From NCBI RefSeq assembly GCF_030144855.1, contig NC_082712.1, positions 89,962,001 through 90,026,000 on the forward strand: 64,000 nt of DNA, written 5' to 3'. Of this stretch, positions 24,700 through 37,041 are shown piece by piece. The notes under the pieces were generated by a model that was given only the letters and a program-made list of their open reading frames with translations, did no database searches and was not told the DNA's origin. A program made the position numbers and the translations under genes. Within the stretch, counting starts at the first letter, position 1; every line of letters begins with the position of its first letter. Source of the stretch: Hypanus sabinus. Its lineage: Eukaryota.

Positions 24700-25190
24700 C
24701 TTGGTAGGCAGTGGTTAATGAGATTCTAAAATTGCTCAGGTTTCGGAGTTCAGTGTTCAGTTCCCACCACTGCCCGTAAGGAGTTCGTACGTCCTCCCCG
24801 TGACTGTGTGGGTTTCCTCCAGGTGCTCTGATTTCCTCCCACAGTCCAAAGCTGTACCAGTAGGCTAACTGGTTATTGTAAATTTTCCTGTGGTTAGGCT
24901 AGGGTTAATTGGGCTGGCACAGTAGCACAATGCTTTGCAGTACAGGCGAACTGGTTTCAATTCCCGCTGCTGCCTGTAAGGAGTTTGTACGTTCTCCCCA
25001 TGACTGTGTGTGTTTCCTCCGGCTGCTCTGGTTTCCTTCCACAGTCCAAAGATGTACCAGTAGGTTAATTGGTCATTTTAAATTGTCCCGTGATTATGCT
25101 GGGGCTAGATTGGGGGATTGGCAGCAGGGCTCTAAGGGCCAGAAGGGCCTATTCTGTGCTGTATCGCAATAAATAACTAAATCAGGGGTT
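24700..25190 (+). mobile_element. Two tandem V-SINE copies
   Basis: Core gggtttcctccaggtgctctgatttcctcccacagtccaaag appears twice. Confidence 0.7.
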
Positions 25191-25399
25191 GCTGGGCATT
25201 ATCGCTCTGTGAGCCAGAAGGGCCGGTTTGACACGGTATCCCTAAAATATTGGCACCAGGCTTAATATCACACACATTTGTACGGCGGCAGCAGTACTTG
25301 GCAATATATAGTAATAAAAACTCAATTACTGTACAAAGTGAATATATATAAAAAAATAAAAACTACAGTAAATAACTAGAGCAAAAGGAAAAGAAGTAG

Positions 25400-26100
25400 T
25401 GTGGTAGTGTTCATGGGTTCAGTGCCCAATCAGAAATCTGATGGCCGAGAGGAAGAAGTTGTTCCTGAAAGTGTGTGGCTTCAGGCTCCTGTACCTCCTT
25501 CCTGATGGCAGCAATGAGAACAGGGTATGACCTGGGTGATGGGGGTTCTTAATGATGGATGCCACCTTTGAGGCATCACTTCTTGAAGATGTCTTGTATA
25601 CTATGGAGGCTAGTTCTCATGAGGGAGCTGACATCGTTTACAACTTTCTGCAGCTTATTTCGATCCTGTGCAGTGTAACCCACCCCCCCCCCTTCCTGAC
25701 ACCATACCAAATGCTCTCCAAAGTTCATTTGCAGAAATTTGCCAGTGTCTTAGGTGGCAACCCAAATCTCCTCAAACTCCTAAAGAAATATAGCTGCTGC
25801 CGTGCCTTCTTTGTACCTGCATCGATATGTCAGGCCCAGGTCAGATCCTCAGAGAGGTTGACACCCAAGAACTCGAAATTGCTCACTCTTCCCACTTTTG
25901 ATCCCCCTAAGGACTGATGTGTTCCCTCATATTACCCTTTCTGAAGTCCACAATTAGTTCCTTGACCTTACTGACGTTGAGTGCAAGGATTTTGCTGTAA
26001 AACCACTCAGCTAGCTGATCTATCTCGCTCCTGTACCCTGTCTCATCACCATCTGTAATTTTGCCAAAGTAGTTGTGTTGTCAGCAAATTTACGGATGAC
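25400..26100 (-). mobile_element. Rex1/Babar-type LINE 3' fragment
   Basis: Minus strand encodes SLLPSGRRYRSLK, typical of Rex-Babar ORF2 C-termini. Confidence 0.6.
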
Positions 26101-27429
26101 ATTTGTGCTGTGCCTGGCCGGACAATCAAGAGTGTAAAAATGAGCTTTTTTACAGGAGCAGCAGCAGAGAATGCAGAATAAAGTGTTACACTTACAGAGA
26201 AAGTGCAATGCAGGCGGATAATAAAGAGCAAAGCAGATTGTGAGGTCAACAAAGAGTCCATCTTACCATACTGGGTCACCATTCGGTATTCTTAATACAG
26301 CAGGGTGGAAGCTTTCCTTGGACATGGTGGAACGTACTTTCAGGCTTTTGTATCTTCTCCCCAGTGGGAGAGGGGAGGTGAGAGAATATCGGGGGGGGGG
26401 GGTGGTCTTTGATCATTCTGACTGTTGTACTGACACCAGATTGGGAAACCCTGGTGTAGAGGGACGTCCATTCAGAATGGAAACGAGGAGGGATTTCTTT
26501 AGCCAAAGGGTGGTGAATCTGTGGAATTCATTGCCACAGGCAGCAGTGGAGGATCAGGTCACTAGCTGCATTTAAGGCAGAGGTTGATAGGTTCTTGATT
26601 AGTCAGGGCATGAAAAGGTTACGGGGAGAAGGCAGGAGAATGCGGTTGAGAGGGAAATGGATCAGCCATGACGAAATGGCAGACCAGACTCAATGGGTTG
26701 AATGGCCTAATTTTGGTCCTATGCCTTATGGAGTCATGGTCTTACCAAGGCAGAGAGAAGTGTAGACCGAGTCCATGGAGGGGACGTGGGTTCCGAGACG
26801 TGTCCACATCTCTCTGAAGTTTCCTGCGAACGCAAACAAAGCAGTAACCATGCCAAGATGAAACCGAGCCTTGCCCTCTGATACAGAGTGTAACAAGATA
26901 AGATTAAGACTTAAACTTGAATCATCATAAATTACACATATAAGTTACCAGAGACAGGAAGTCATTTTGCAGTTGTATGAATCTTTGATTAGATCACATC
27001 CAGAGTATTTAGAGCAGGCTGGACATCCCATTACAGGAAGGAAGTAGAGTACATAAGACGTTCACCAAGTCTTTCTCACATCATCTGCTCAGTAAATCAG
27101 TTTCTCTGCTTTGTTTTCCTTCTTTATTTATATTTGCTTTTTCTCTACTTTTCACATTCCTCTCCCTCTTCCTCTTTCATACTCTCCACCTCCTTCAAAC
27201 ATTCATGTGCCCTCTGACTTTTTCCCTTCCACTAATGTCTCTTTCTCTCTCACACACACATTCTCACTATTCTCATGCATGTTCTCTGTTCTTTCTCTTT
27301 CCCCTGCACGTTCTCTCCACATTCTTACCACACTCTGAGTGAAGCTCCCCTCATGTTCCCTTAAACATTTCACCTTTCACCCTTAACCCATGACCTCTAG
27401 TTGTAGTCGCACCCAACCTCAGTGGAAGA

Positions 27430-27985
27430 AACTTGCTTGCCAGACTGCTTCAGGAGGCAAGGGAGGAGATTGCTGAGCCTCTGGCCATGATCTTTGCATC
27501 ATCAATGGGGATGGGAGAGGTTCTGGAGGATTGAAGGGTTGCAGATGTTGTTCTCTTGTTCAAGAAATGGAGTAGAGATAGACCTGGAAATTATAGAGCA
27601 GTGAGTCTTACTCCGGTGGTTGGTAAGTTGATGGAGAAGATCCTGAGAGGCAGGATTTATGAACATTTGGAGAGGCATAATATGATTAGGAATAGTCAGC
27701 ATGGCTTTATCAAAGGCAGGTCATGCCTTACAAACCTGACTTATTTTTTTGAGGATGTGACTAAACACATTGATGAAAGTAGGGCAGTAGATGTAGTGTA
27801 TATGGATTTCAGCAAGGCAGTTGATAAGATACCCCATGCAAGGCATATTGAGAAAGTAAGGAGGAATGGGATCCAAGGGGAAATTGCTTTGTGGATTGAG
27901 AACTGGCTTGCCTACAGAAGGCAAAGTGTGTGTGTAGGTGGGTCATATTCTGCATGGAGGTTGATCACTAGTGGTGTGCTTCAGA
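27430..27985 (+). mobile_element. CR1 LINE RT fragment
   Basis: PGNYRAVSLTPVVGKLME, SQHGFIKGRSCLTNL, YMDFSKAVDKIPH. Confidence 0.9.
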
Positions 27986-29134
27986 GATCCATTCTGGAGG
28001 TTTGGGAAAATTTTAAAAAGCAACAGAGAACAACTAAGCAAGGAATGAGGAAAGGGAAGATAGAGAGGACATAGGAGATATAGGGATATAGGAGAGGCCA
28101 GCCCCCAACAGAGCTCGGACACCACGCTACACCACCTCCTGCGTGTCCACTCCTGGACTGCAGCTCGAGGCCCAGTCCACGCTACAACTGAGGCCCATTT
28201 GAGAAAGGATTTTCAGGTTAATCCAGAACAGACTCCTAGGATGAGGTAGTGTCCCATCCCAGACAGCTACAAAAGTCAGCTTGATATTCTTTGGAATTTT
28301 GCAAAATGAGGGGTGACTCTATCGAGACATCGTGAGGGGTAGAGATATTTACACCAATGAGAGAGACCTGAATGAGGGGATGGAGTTACTTTAAATAAGA
28401 CTATTGAAAAGTTTTCTTGAATGATCAGACAGGTTCTTGTCCTCATAACCTACCACATTGTGGTCTTGTACCTTTTTTTTGTCTGCCTCTACTGCAATTT
28501 CCCTGTAGCTGTCAAACTTTGTTCAATGGTTCAGTTGTTCCATTTAGTATCAGAAAACATACAATATACAATGTGAAAATCTTACTCTTCACAGACATCC
28601 ATCCAACAGAACAAATATCCCATAGAATGGGTGACAGAAAAACGTTAGAACCCCAAAGCCGCACTTCCCCCTCCCTTGCCTTCTTTACTGCTGCACCAAT
28701 ATGTTTGAACCAGGTTAGATCCTCAGAGATATTAACACCCAGGAACTAGAAATTGCTCACTCTCTCCACTTCTGATCCCTCTGTGAGGACTGGTGTGTAT
28801 ATCCAAACCTCTCCAGTTGTTCCAATCGGTTTGTTATTGTCACACATACACTGAAAAGCTTGTCTTCCATACTGCAATTGGAATTGAACTTGGTTTCTTG
28901 TTGTCACAGTTCAACACATCACAGAAACCTGCCTCCCTCTCTAGACTCTGGCTACACTTCCCACTGCCTCGGTAAAGCAGCCAGCGCCTCCTGTGAAATC
29001 CGGTGCCTCTCCTCTGACGGTTCCCTGTTCCCTCAGTACCGCCAGCCTAGATCAAACCTCTTCTCGAACTGATGACGGTGACTCACTAAGCAGTGAAGGA
29101 AGCGGGGAGAGACAATGAAGGTCCGTCAGCTTAC

Positions 29135-29275
29135 CTCTGATTTGCATTAGATGTAACCAGAGAATGGAGCCCAGCACTGCCTGTGAACTTCCAAGGCAGC
29201 CCATTGCCCAGTACAGTGACGATCAGAGAGGGCACAGGCTCTCCGAGGAGCTTCCTAGCATCAGGTCCTTACCAT
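29135..29275 (-). pseudogene. Putative 141-nt phase 2-2 exon of an unidentified gene, with in-frame TAA
   Basis: Same sequence as 15177-15317; phase-compatible with the upstream exon at 31422-31642. Confidence 0.5.
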
Positions 29276-30594
29276 CTGAGTAAAAGAATTTATACCAGGG
29301 TTTCTGAAGGTCTGCAACCTCCCACAAAGTATGATGAAAGGCTTTGCACGTCAGCTTTTGCCTTCCATTGGCTGTGACTCATCAAAAGCCACAACAGATC
29401 TGATCTTATCGTTCATTTAGGACTGCTTTCTGAAACAGTTCATCACTTGCTTACTTACTGCCCATTGCAACGCTGGTGTCTGGGGCGGCTATGAGGGTCT
29501 TCTGTCTATTGTGGTGTTCAGTGCTGCCTTCATTGTGTCAGTGGCTTCCTCTCGATTTTCACCCTTGTCAGTCATGCAAGTCCCGGGGGGTGGGGGCAGA
29601 CCCAGGAATACTTTCACACCCAGATGTGGCCAGCAGTGATGTAGAGGCATCTGTACGAATGGCACAGGGTTTGAATCCAGCCAGCTCCTTGCTCGCTTTC
29701 CATCGTGCTGGGTTGAGTGTTGAACTAGAAGCTCAGCCTCATTAAAAAACAGCCAAGGTGCTAAGGAAATGGCAGAAAATGCTGACCGATGTGCCACAAG
29801 GTGTGGAAAGGGACAACAACAGATGTAGAAGGATTCTTCATTGCTCTGTCAGTAAAACAGTTTGTTTTACCAGTCAGGGTTGTTCACCCTGAGCTGGATC
29901 GCTGAACCTGGAGGACCAGTGGATCGGCCTTAGTCAGGGCTCTGCCCTTTGACCTGTTTGGAACGGGTCACCCTACCGAAAGCCAAACCATAAAGCTCCA
30001 CCTCCAGCTACATAGCTCCCCAGGTCATTGAGGCAAGCAAACCTCCAAACCCTATGAAGAGGTTGTGGTTCTCTTGGAGGAAGCACTTCATCAGGGGCAA
30101 ATTATTGCAGATGCCAGCAATCCAAAGTAAAAACATGAAGTAAATAAATCTCTTATGCTGCAGTTGAATAAGTCGTCAGTGAGGTATCTTAACTTGCTGT
30201 CAGCTGGAAACAGTTTGCCATTCTGCTCTGACCTCTCTCATTAACAAGGCAATTTTGCCTACAGAACTGTTGCTCACTGGATCGTTTTGTTTGTTTTCAT
30301 CACCGTTCACCAGAAACTCGAGAGAATGCTGTCTGTGCAGATCTCAGATCAGCAGTTTCTGAGATACTCAAACTGCCCCGTCTGGCACAACAATCATTCC
30401 AAGATCAAAGTCACTTAGATCACGTCTTTTCCCCATTCTGATGCTTTGTCAGAACTTCTTGACCATGTCTGCATGTTTTTATGCATTGAGTTGCAGCCAC
30501 GTAATTGGCTGGTCAGATATTTGTATTAACAAGCAGGTACCTAATAAAGTGGCCATATCAGTACATGGATAGAAGAGAAGGAGAACAGACAGCC

Positions 30595-31285
30595 CACAGT
30601 ACTTTGCAAAAGTCTTAGGCACACATATATAAAGCTATGCTGCCTAAGACAATTCCACAGTACAGTAGTAATTTTAAGTATTACACTGTACTGCTGCAAC
30701 AAAAACAAACAAAGTTTCATGATATATGTGAACGATGATAAACCTGATTGTGATATGGGCTTTATTATAGACTGAGTGTGGGAAGGGAGCAGGGAGAGGG
30801 GAATCATGTTTGGGAAAAGGAGAAGACACAGAGACATTCTGTAATGATAGATAAGCCAATTGTTTACATTCAGATGCCTGGTGTCTCAGGATTATGTGTG
30901 TCTGACCCACGCTACCACCCCCCCCCCTCCAGCCCTGGCACTCCTCCTCTGCCAGCTGTCTCACAGCCTCTCCAGTGGCACTCCACCATCACCATTCTGC
31001 AATGGGGGGCAAGGTCATTTTATTCCAAACAACTGGGTTGTTGATTGTTACAGAATGTCTCTTTGGAGCTTCCCTCTCCCTTCCCCTTTTAGCAAACATG
31101 ATTCCCCTCTCCCTGCCCCCTTCCCACTCTCGGTCTACAATAGAAACCCAGATCAGAATCAGGTTTATCATCACTCACTTACTTTGCAGCAGCAGCAGTA
31201 CAGTTCAGTACATAAAATTACTACAATAGTTTCCAAAACCAGGCAACTTATGATATGTGCCTAAGACCTTTGCACAGTACTGTAC
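30595..31285. mobile_element. Tc1/mariner-type MITE with both TIRs
   Basis: cagtactttgcaaaagtcttaggcac ... gtgcctaagacctttgcacagtactgTA. Confidence 0.85.
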
Positions 31286-31421
31286 CTGATTCCATGCATT
31301 TTTATAAAGGCACTCCTCAGTCTCTACATTCCAAGGAATAAAGACTCATTTTTTCTACCTTTCATATAAATCTAGGACTTTAGCTGATCAATATCAACCA
31401 GAGTTAGCATTGTGGCCTTAC

Positions 31422-31642
31422 CTAGGAGATGACGCAAAGTCTCTTTGTGCCTCGACAACTCTGAGAAGCTCTGAAGCAATAATAAACTTTTCAGCTCTGG
31501 AAGAAATGTTGTCATCTGAAGGGTTAAGTTCGATATGTTTTGATCTGATGTCGCCAATTCCCACAGGTTTGGAACTGAAAGACGATAGGTGTGAAGCACT
31601 GTCTCTCCGAGGCTTTGAGTGGACGCTGAGCAGTCAGTCCAC
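31422..31642 (-). pseudogene. Putative coding exon of an unidentified gene
   Basis: Acceptor ttttcccattttcatccatccag, donor AG/gtaagg; reads VD*LLSVHSKPRRDSASHLSSFSSKPVGIGDIRSKHIELNPSDDNISSRAEKFIIASELLRVVEAQRDFASSP; the exact antisense frame is also open. Confidence 0.55.
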
Positions 31643-31959
31643 CTGGATGGATGAAAATGGGAAAATTAGTTCATTATCGCAATGTACAAATGTACAGCAA
31701 AACACTACCCACATAGAAACTTTCATTACAACAGTGCATCAAGGTATTACAAGGTATTTCAAGGGGGCCATGTGCCAAGTTATATGAAATGGGGAATCAT
31801 GGTCTTTGACCATGGTTGCTCTTGGCAAATTTTTCTACCAAAGTGGTTTGCCATTGTCTTCTTCTGGGCAATGTCTTCACAAGATGGCTGACCCCTGTCA
31901 TTATGATAAAATAGGCCAGGTCACCTCTAGGAGAAATTTTGCCTAAGAAATCTGTTGGA

Positions 31960-33170
31960 ATTCTTTGAAGAAATAACAAGCAGAATAGACAAAGGAGAAT
32001 CGGTTGATGTTGTTCCCTTGGACTTTCAGAAGGCCTTTGACAAGGTGCCACACATGAGGCTGCTTAACAAACAGAAGCCCATGATGTTATAGGAAAGGTT
32101 CTAACATGGATGAAGCTAGGGATGATTGGCAGAAGGCAGAGAGTGGGAATAAAGGGAACATTTTTTGCTTGGCTGCCAGTGACTAGTGGTGTTCCACAGG
32201 GTTCTGTGTTGCGACAGATTCTTTTTATGTTATATATCAATAATTTGGATGATGGAGTTGATGGCTTTGTTGAAAGGTTTGCAGACAATATGAAGATAGG
32301 TGGAGGGGCAGGTAGTTCTGAAGAGGTGAGGAGACTACAGAAGGACTTAGACAGGTTAGGAGAATGGGCAAAGAAGTGGCAGATGGAATACAGTGTCAGG
32401 AAGACATGTAGAAGAAATGAAAGGGTTGCCTATTTTCTAAATGGGAACAAAATACAAAAACTGAGGTGCAAAGTGTCCTTGTGCAGGATTCCCTAAAAAT
32501 TAATTTGCAGGTTGAGTTGTTGATGAGGAAGGCAAATGTGACGTTAACATTCATTTCAAGAGGACCAGAATATAAAAACAAGGATGTAATGTTGAAACTT
32601 TATAAGGCACTGGTGAGCCCTCAATCAGAGTATTGTGAGCAGGTTTGGGCCCTTTAGCTAAGAAAGGAAGAACTGGCATTGGAGACGATCCAGAGCAGGT
32701 TGATGCAAATGTTCTGGCAATGAAAGGGTTAACATGTGAGGAGCATTTGATGTCTTTGGACCTATAGTCATTGGAATTCAGAAGAATGAGGGGTGACCTC
32801 ATTGAAACCTTTCAAATAGTGATAGCCCTTGAAGAGGATGTGGAGAGGATATTTCCTATGATGGGAGAGTCTAAGACCAGGGGAAGCTGCCTCAGAATAC
32901 AGGGGCGTCCTTTTGGAATAGAGGTGAGGAAGAATTTCTTTGGCCAGAGAGTGATGAATCTCTGGAATTCTTTGCCACAGGCAACTGTGGAGGCCAAGTC
33001 TGTAAGTATATTTAAGGCAGAGGTTGATCGATTCTTGATTGGTCAGGGCATGGAGGGATACAGGGGGAAGGCAGGAAGATTGGATCAGCAATGATGAAAG
33101 GGCGGAGCAGACCCAATGGGCCAAATGGCCTAATTCTTCTCCTATATCTTATGGTCTTATCAGCTTATTA
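31960..33170 (+). mobile_element. CR1 LINE RT 3' part and 3'UTR
   Basis: LDFQKAFDKVPH, GVPQGSVL, FADNMKIGG, RGDLIETF. Confidence 0.9.
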
Positions 33171-33399
33171 TCAATAATCTTCAGAGATTGTCTGCCTAGT
33201 GTCAGTGGTCGCATAAAGAGGATGTGATATGCTAAGCAGGTGCTACACTTTGCCCAACGGTGACCTGCAGGCTATCAGAATCAGAATCAGGTTTCATATC
33301 ACTGGCATAGGTTGTGAAATTTGTTAACTTTGCAGCAGTGGTACAATACAAAACATAATAATAGAGAAATTAAAACTGAATAACAGTAAGTGTATGTAT

Positions 33400-34500
33400 G
33401 TATCTATGTATATAATATAATCCAGGGGTTTGGGTGTTTCTATGCAAGAGACCCCAGAGAGTTAATAGTGAGTGTAATCTTATCTAGGAGTTCATTGAGT
33501 TTATGTTGTGAAATACAAATCCCCAGATGTGAGCTAGACGCTGTGAGCTTTGTGAACAATTTGGGAGTTTAATATAGAGAAGAACAACTAACCAAGAGTT
33601 GGTTATGGACCAGAACCTAATCTGCTGTTCAGATTGTTTACCTAGCAATACACAGATGCCTGGGAGTGAGTTGCAGACTGGACTGCACTCAAGGGATCAG
33701 AGGGTTTACATTTAGAAATATATGCCCAGAGAAAGTTATAGGCTGGGATCTATTGTGGGAGCTTCGGGATTATATACAGAATTATAAATTCACATCTATG
33801 GGTTACAGTTTGTGATCTCATCCAAGAGTTTAAACATTATTTGTTGAGAATGGCAGGTCCATGAAAGTGAGTTTTCTACTGACATCTTATCCAGGGGCTC
33901 AGGGTTTGACGCCTGGTTTGCCTAATTCCCCACAGGCTTGGAAAGCGGATGATTTAGTCTCGATTAAGTCCAGAGTTTAGTTTATTAATCAGAACTCAAG
34001 GACTTATCTGTTGGTGAGAGTATTATGGGATGTTTTTCCACCGAATGAAATGTGATAGGAGGTTCCCGAATGATCGTTTGCTCCCTTTTCCCTCAGCACG
34101 GACCGGTGGCCGTGGGTTCCGGGTGAAGCAGATGGGGTACCTGGAGGCTGCAGAGAATGGGTCCGTCATTCTCCCCTGTTCCTACACTTACCTGGACACT
34201 TATACACCCCGAAATATTCATATCACTTGGAGAGTTGGTTACTATCACGGGAGAGATATATTTGTTTCTTCACAAAACAACACATTCGGGGAAGACCGAG
34301 GCCGGATCGAGTTCCTGGGCTCCCCACTGCGAGACAAGATGAGCTCCATCTGCTTACATCAGCTGAAAGGAATTGACTTAAATTTTTATGTCAGCCATGT
34401 GACAATTTTGGATGATCATCTTAAGCCGATTGGATGGCAAAGCATCTCAGGGACGTTTCTGTCAGTGAGAGGTGAGTCCTGAATCCTTACACTGACCTCT
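33400..34500 (+). repeat. Duplicated intron plus V exon block (paralogous to ~58270-59350)
   Basis: Colinear intron sequence and V exon alignable by eye. Confidence 0.92.
34097..34471 (+). CDS. Ig V-set exon of PILR/Siglec-like receptor, copy A (open frame, F-strand Cys lost)
   Basis: Acceptor cttttccctcag, donor G/gtgagt, 375 nt, phase 1-1; VILPCSYTY..ITWRVGYYHGRDIF..GRIEFLG..FYVSHV..WQSISGTFLSV. Confidence 0.85.
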
Positions 34501-34576
34501 GCTCTTGTCTGAAGGTTCTTTCAATTAATTCCTGTGCATCAACCCAGCTTCATGTTTTCACATTCTCATCCTGCAG

Positions 34577-34620
34577 GAGGTCGGTCCACTCAGTCGATCG
34601 CAGCCATACTGACCGATTGA
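34577..34620 (+). CDS. Candidate short terminal exon for copy A (secreted form)
   Basis: Acceptor tttcacattctcatcctgcag in phase 1 gives GGRSTQSIAAILTD*; AATAAA at 35066-35071. Confidence 0.35.
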
Positions 34621-35415
34621 CCGCATTAAGCTCACATCCAGGGGTTTGTTCCTCACCTGTCCCTGGATAGTTTGGGTTTTGGTGTAGATACTTCCGAAAG
34701 GATGTCAGTGACTGCTCTGCCCCTCTCTCTCTCTGGCAGTGTGTTCCAAATACTCATCACTGTCTGAGTGTGAAACTTCCTTTTCAGAACCTCTCCAAAT
34801 CCCTTATCCTTCATGGTTTATCAAACATTACCTTTAGTCTACCCTGTCAGTACCCTCATGCATATGTGCATCTCAACCATGTTCCTGCACAACCATGTCC
34901 ATTCCAGAGAATTATTGACCTATCCCTCCTCATTACTGAAGTAGGCTGTCCCAGATAATATTCTTCAAGGTCTCTGTCATGTGATCACCCTTCCCTCTGT
35001 TCCTCAGTATTCCATGTCCTGGTCTCATATATGTCCCCAATGTCTTTTAGCTCAACCTTCTCTGGAATAAATACCCTCTGTGATATCTCACCATTTCACC
35101 AAGACAATGAGTTTTAGTATTGACAAGTTTACCCTCCACACTGTCCGCAACGTCATTGATTTTTGCATTGTAGAACATAGAACAGTACAGCACAGGACAG
35201 GCCCTTCAATTCATATGTTGTGTCGACATTTTGTCCCACTCTAAGATTAATTTAAGCAGCCCTCCTACATAGTTCTCCATTCTATATCATCCTTGTCTCT
35301 GTCTATGAGCTTTTTTTTTAATGCCTCTAATGTATGTGCTTCTACCTCCAACACTGGCAGGGTGTTTTAATGCACTACAACTCTGTGTGTGGAAGAAAAT
35401 ATCAAGGCCTTACAT

Positions 35416-35878
35416 TGTAATGGGCATTGAGGGGCTAATGATTGGTTTTAAATTGTGAATTCAAAATCCACAATCATTTATCTGTAACTAATGTACTCTG
35501 TGTGACTGAAACATGCCCCACAACCAAGATATAAAAGTAACTGTATCTGTACTTCTTTGTTCTGAGAATTTTTGTATTTCTGCAGTCGAGCCAGCTAACC
35601 TGATATATTTTTGAAAACCTTAACATTTAAGTAAAATGTGCAGGTCCTCAAGGACATACTTTTACTCCTGCACTATGCAGTAGAATTTCTGGAGCTCCTC
35701 CTTTAGGTTTAAGTGTTTTTTGTCACATAATGATTGGAATATAAATGAGAGTGTGATCTGTTGTGCAGAACCATGAAGCTCCACTTTTAGGAGCCTGTGC
35801 TCTCCGTGATGTCTGTGACAATAAAGTTTTGAAACAGATGCTCCGAGACCAAATGATCTATAGTACTTTTCCACAACA
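35416..35878 (+). repeat. ERV 5' LTR
   Basis: TGTA...ACA ends, TATAAAA at 35530, AATAAA at 35820, followed by the PBS; left boundary is approximate. Confidence 0.65.
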
Positions 35879-35880
35879 AT

Positions 35881-35898
35881 TGCTGACGAGGATGGGAT
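35881..35898 (+). promoter_or_regulatory. ERV primer binding site, tRNA-Ser(GCU) type
   Basis: TGCTGACGAGGATGGGAT versus the complement of the tRNA-Ser(GCU) 3' end TGGCGACGAGGATGGGAT (14 contiguous matches). Confidence 0.75.
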
Positions 35899-36188
35899 CC
35901 TCTGACTCCTAACACCTTTCAAGTCAGGTAGGATTATTGGACAGATATTATTTTAGCAGGATTCATGAAAAAAGATTCCTAGATGGAAAAAGAAAATCAG
36001 TCTTCTAGCTGAAAGTGGGAGATAGGCATCCAGCACCCCAGCTGAGAGGGGGGTGGCCTTTGAAATTCATGTCAGTGTACTCACTGAAAGTGGGACAGCT
36101 GTGGAAATCAAGGTGGCCACCGATTCATGAAAAAAGGATCAAGAGGTCTGCTGAGGAAATCTGAAAACATACTAGTGAGCGCTCATTG

Positions 36189-37041
36189 TGTCACAAGGGG
36201 GACTTAGACTGGACCCAAATGCAGGATACAGGCACTGAAGTACTAGGGGCAGGACAGGAACAACTAAAGTATAGAACAAGATGGGGAGACTGTGGCATGC
36301 AAAGGTGATCCTGGGGTTCAGAGAGTTCATGGCAAATGCAGGACTCTGGCTGGGCTAAAGGATGGGTCTATGGGACAAGGAATGCTGGGAGGATAGCCCC
36401 CTGGGCAGGCCACATTACTTCTAGACAGGGCCCAGCCTCCCAGACAGGAACACAGGGGCCTGGGCAGGTCACAGGGCATCTGGGAAAGATGCAGGGCACA
36501 ACCCATCAGAAGCAAGGGGTAGGAAAGGGTCAGTGCTCAGGGCAGGCCACCTCTCAGGCAGGAACACAGGGGCCTGGGCAAGAAACAGAGCACCTGGGGA
36601 GGTTGCAGGGCACAACACATCAGAAGCAAGGGGTAGGTAAGGGTCAGAGTCCCCCACCAGGCAACAGCAGTCCAGCCTGCTTACCCAACAGAGGCAAGGG
36701 ATTGGAAGGGAACAGACTACAAGAACAGACTTACAGAACTAGATTATTAACAGTGGATACTCTAAGCAAGAGTCAAAACAGGAAAGCCAGGTGAACAGTA
36801 CAAACAAGGCAACCCAGACAGACCAGCAAGTACAAGATGAACAGAACAACCCTCAACTAGACTCAGTCCCAGAGCCCCTTATATACACCTACCAGCTGAT
36901 AGGCATCAGGTGCGCCTCCTTAAGCCAAGTTGATCCTATTTGGGCTTGAGGGTGAAAGGAGGGACGGCTACAAGACCCGGAGTCAGGAAACGGCGGACTG
37001 GATCAAGACCCGGAATGCGGGCTCCAGACTGGACCATAACA
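36189..37041 (-). mobile_element. Gypsy-family solo LTR inserted in ERV leader
   Basis: TG...CA termini; perfect 5-bp target-site duplication CATTG; reverse complement of the 38615-39722 family. Confidence 0.85.

Larger units (their letters stand above)
28255..33000 (+). repeat. Segmental duplication, copy 2 (paralogous to ~14335-19460)
   Basis: Colinear with copy 1; additionally retains about 31285-32100, which is absent from copy 1. Confidence 0.93.

Noticed and set aside
21467-25190. tRNA genes
   Set aside because: The tRNA-like heads belong to degenerate V-SINE copies; no complete cloverleaf is evident.
35662-35922. Minus-strand ORF ending LKEELQKFYCIVQE
   Set aside because: It lies within the ERV LTR/PBS region and has no recognisable domain.
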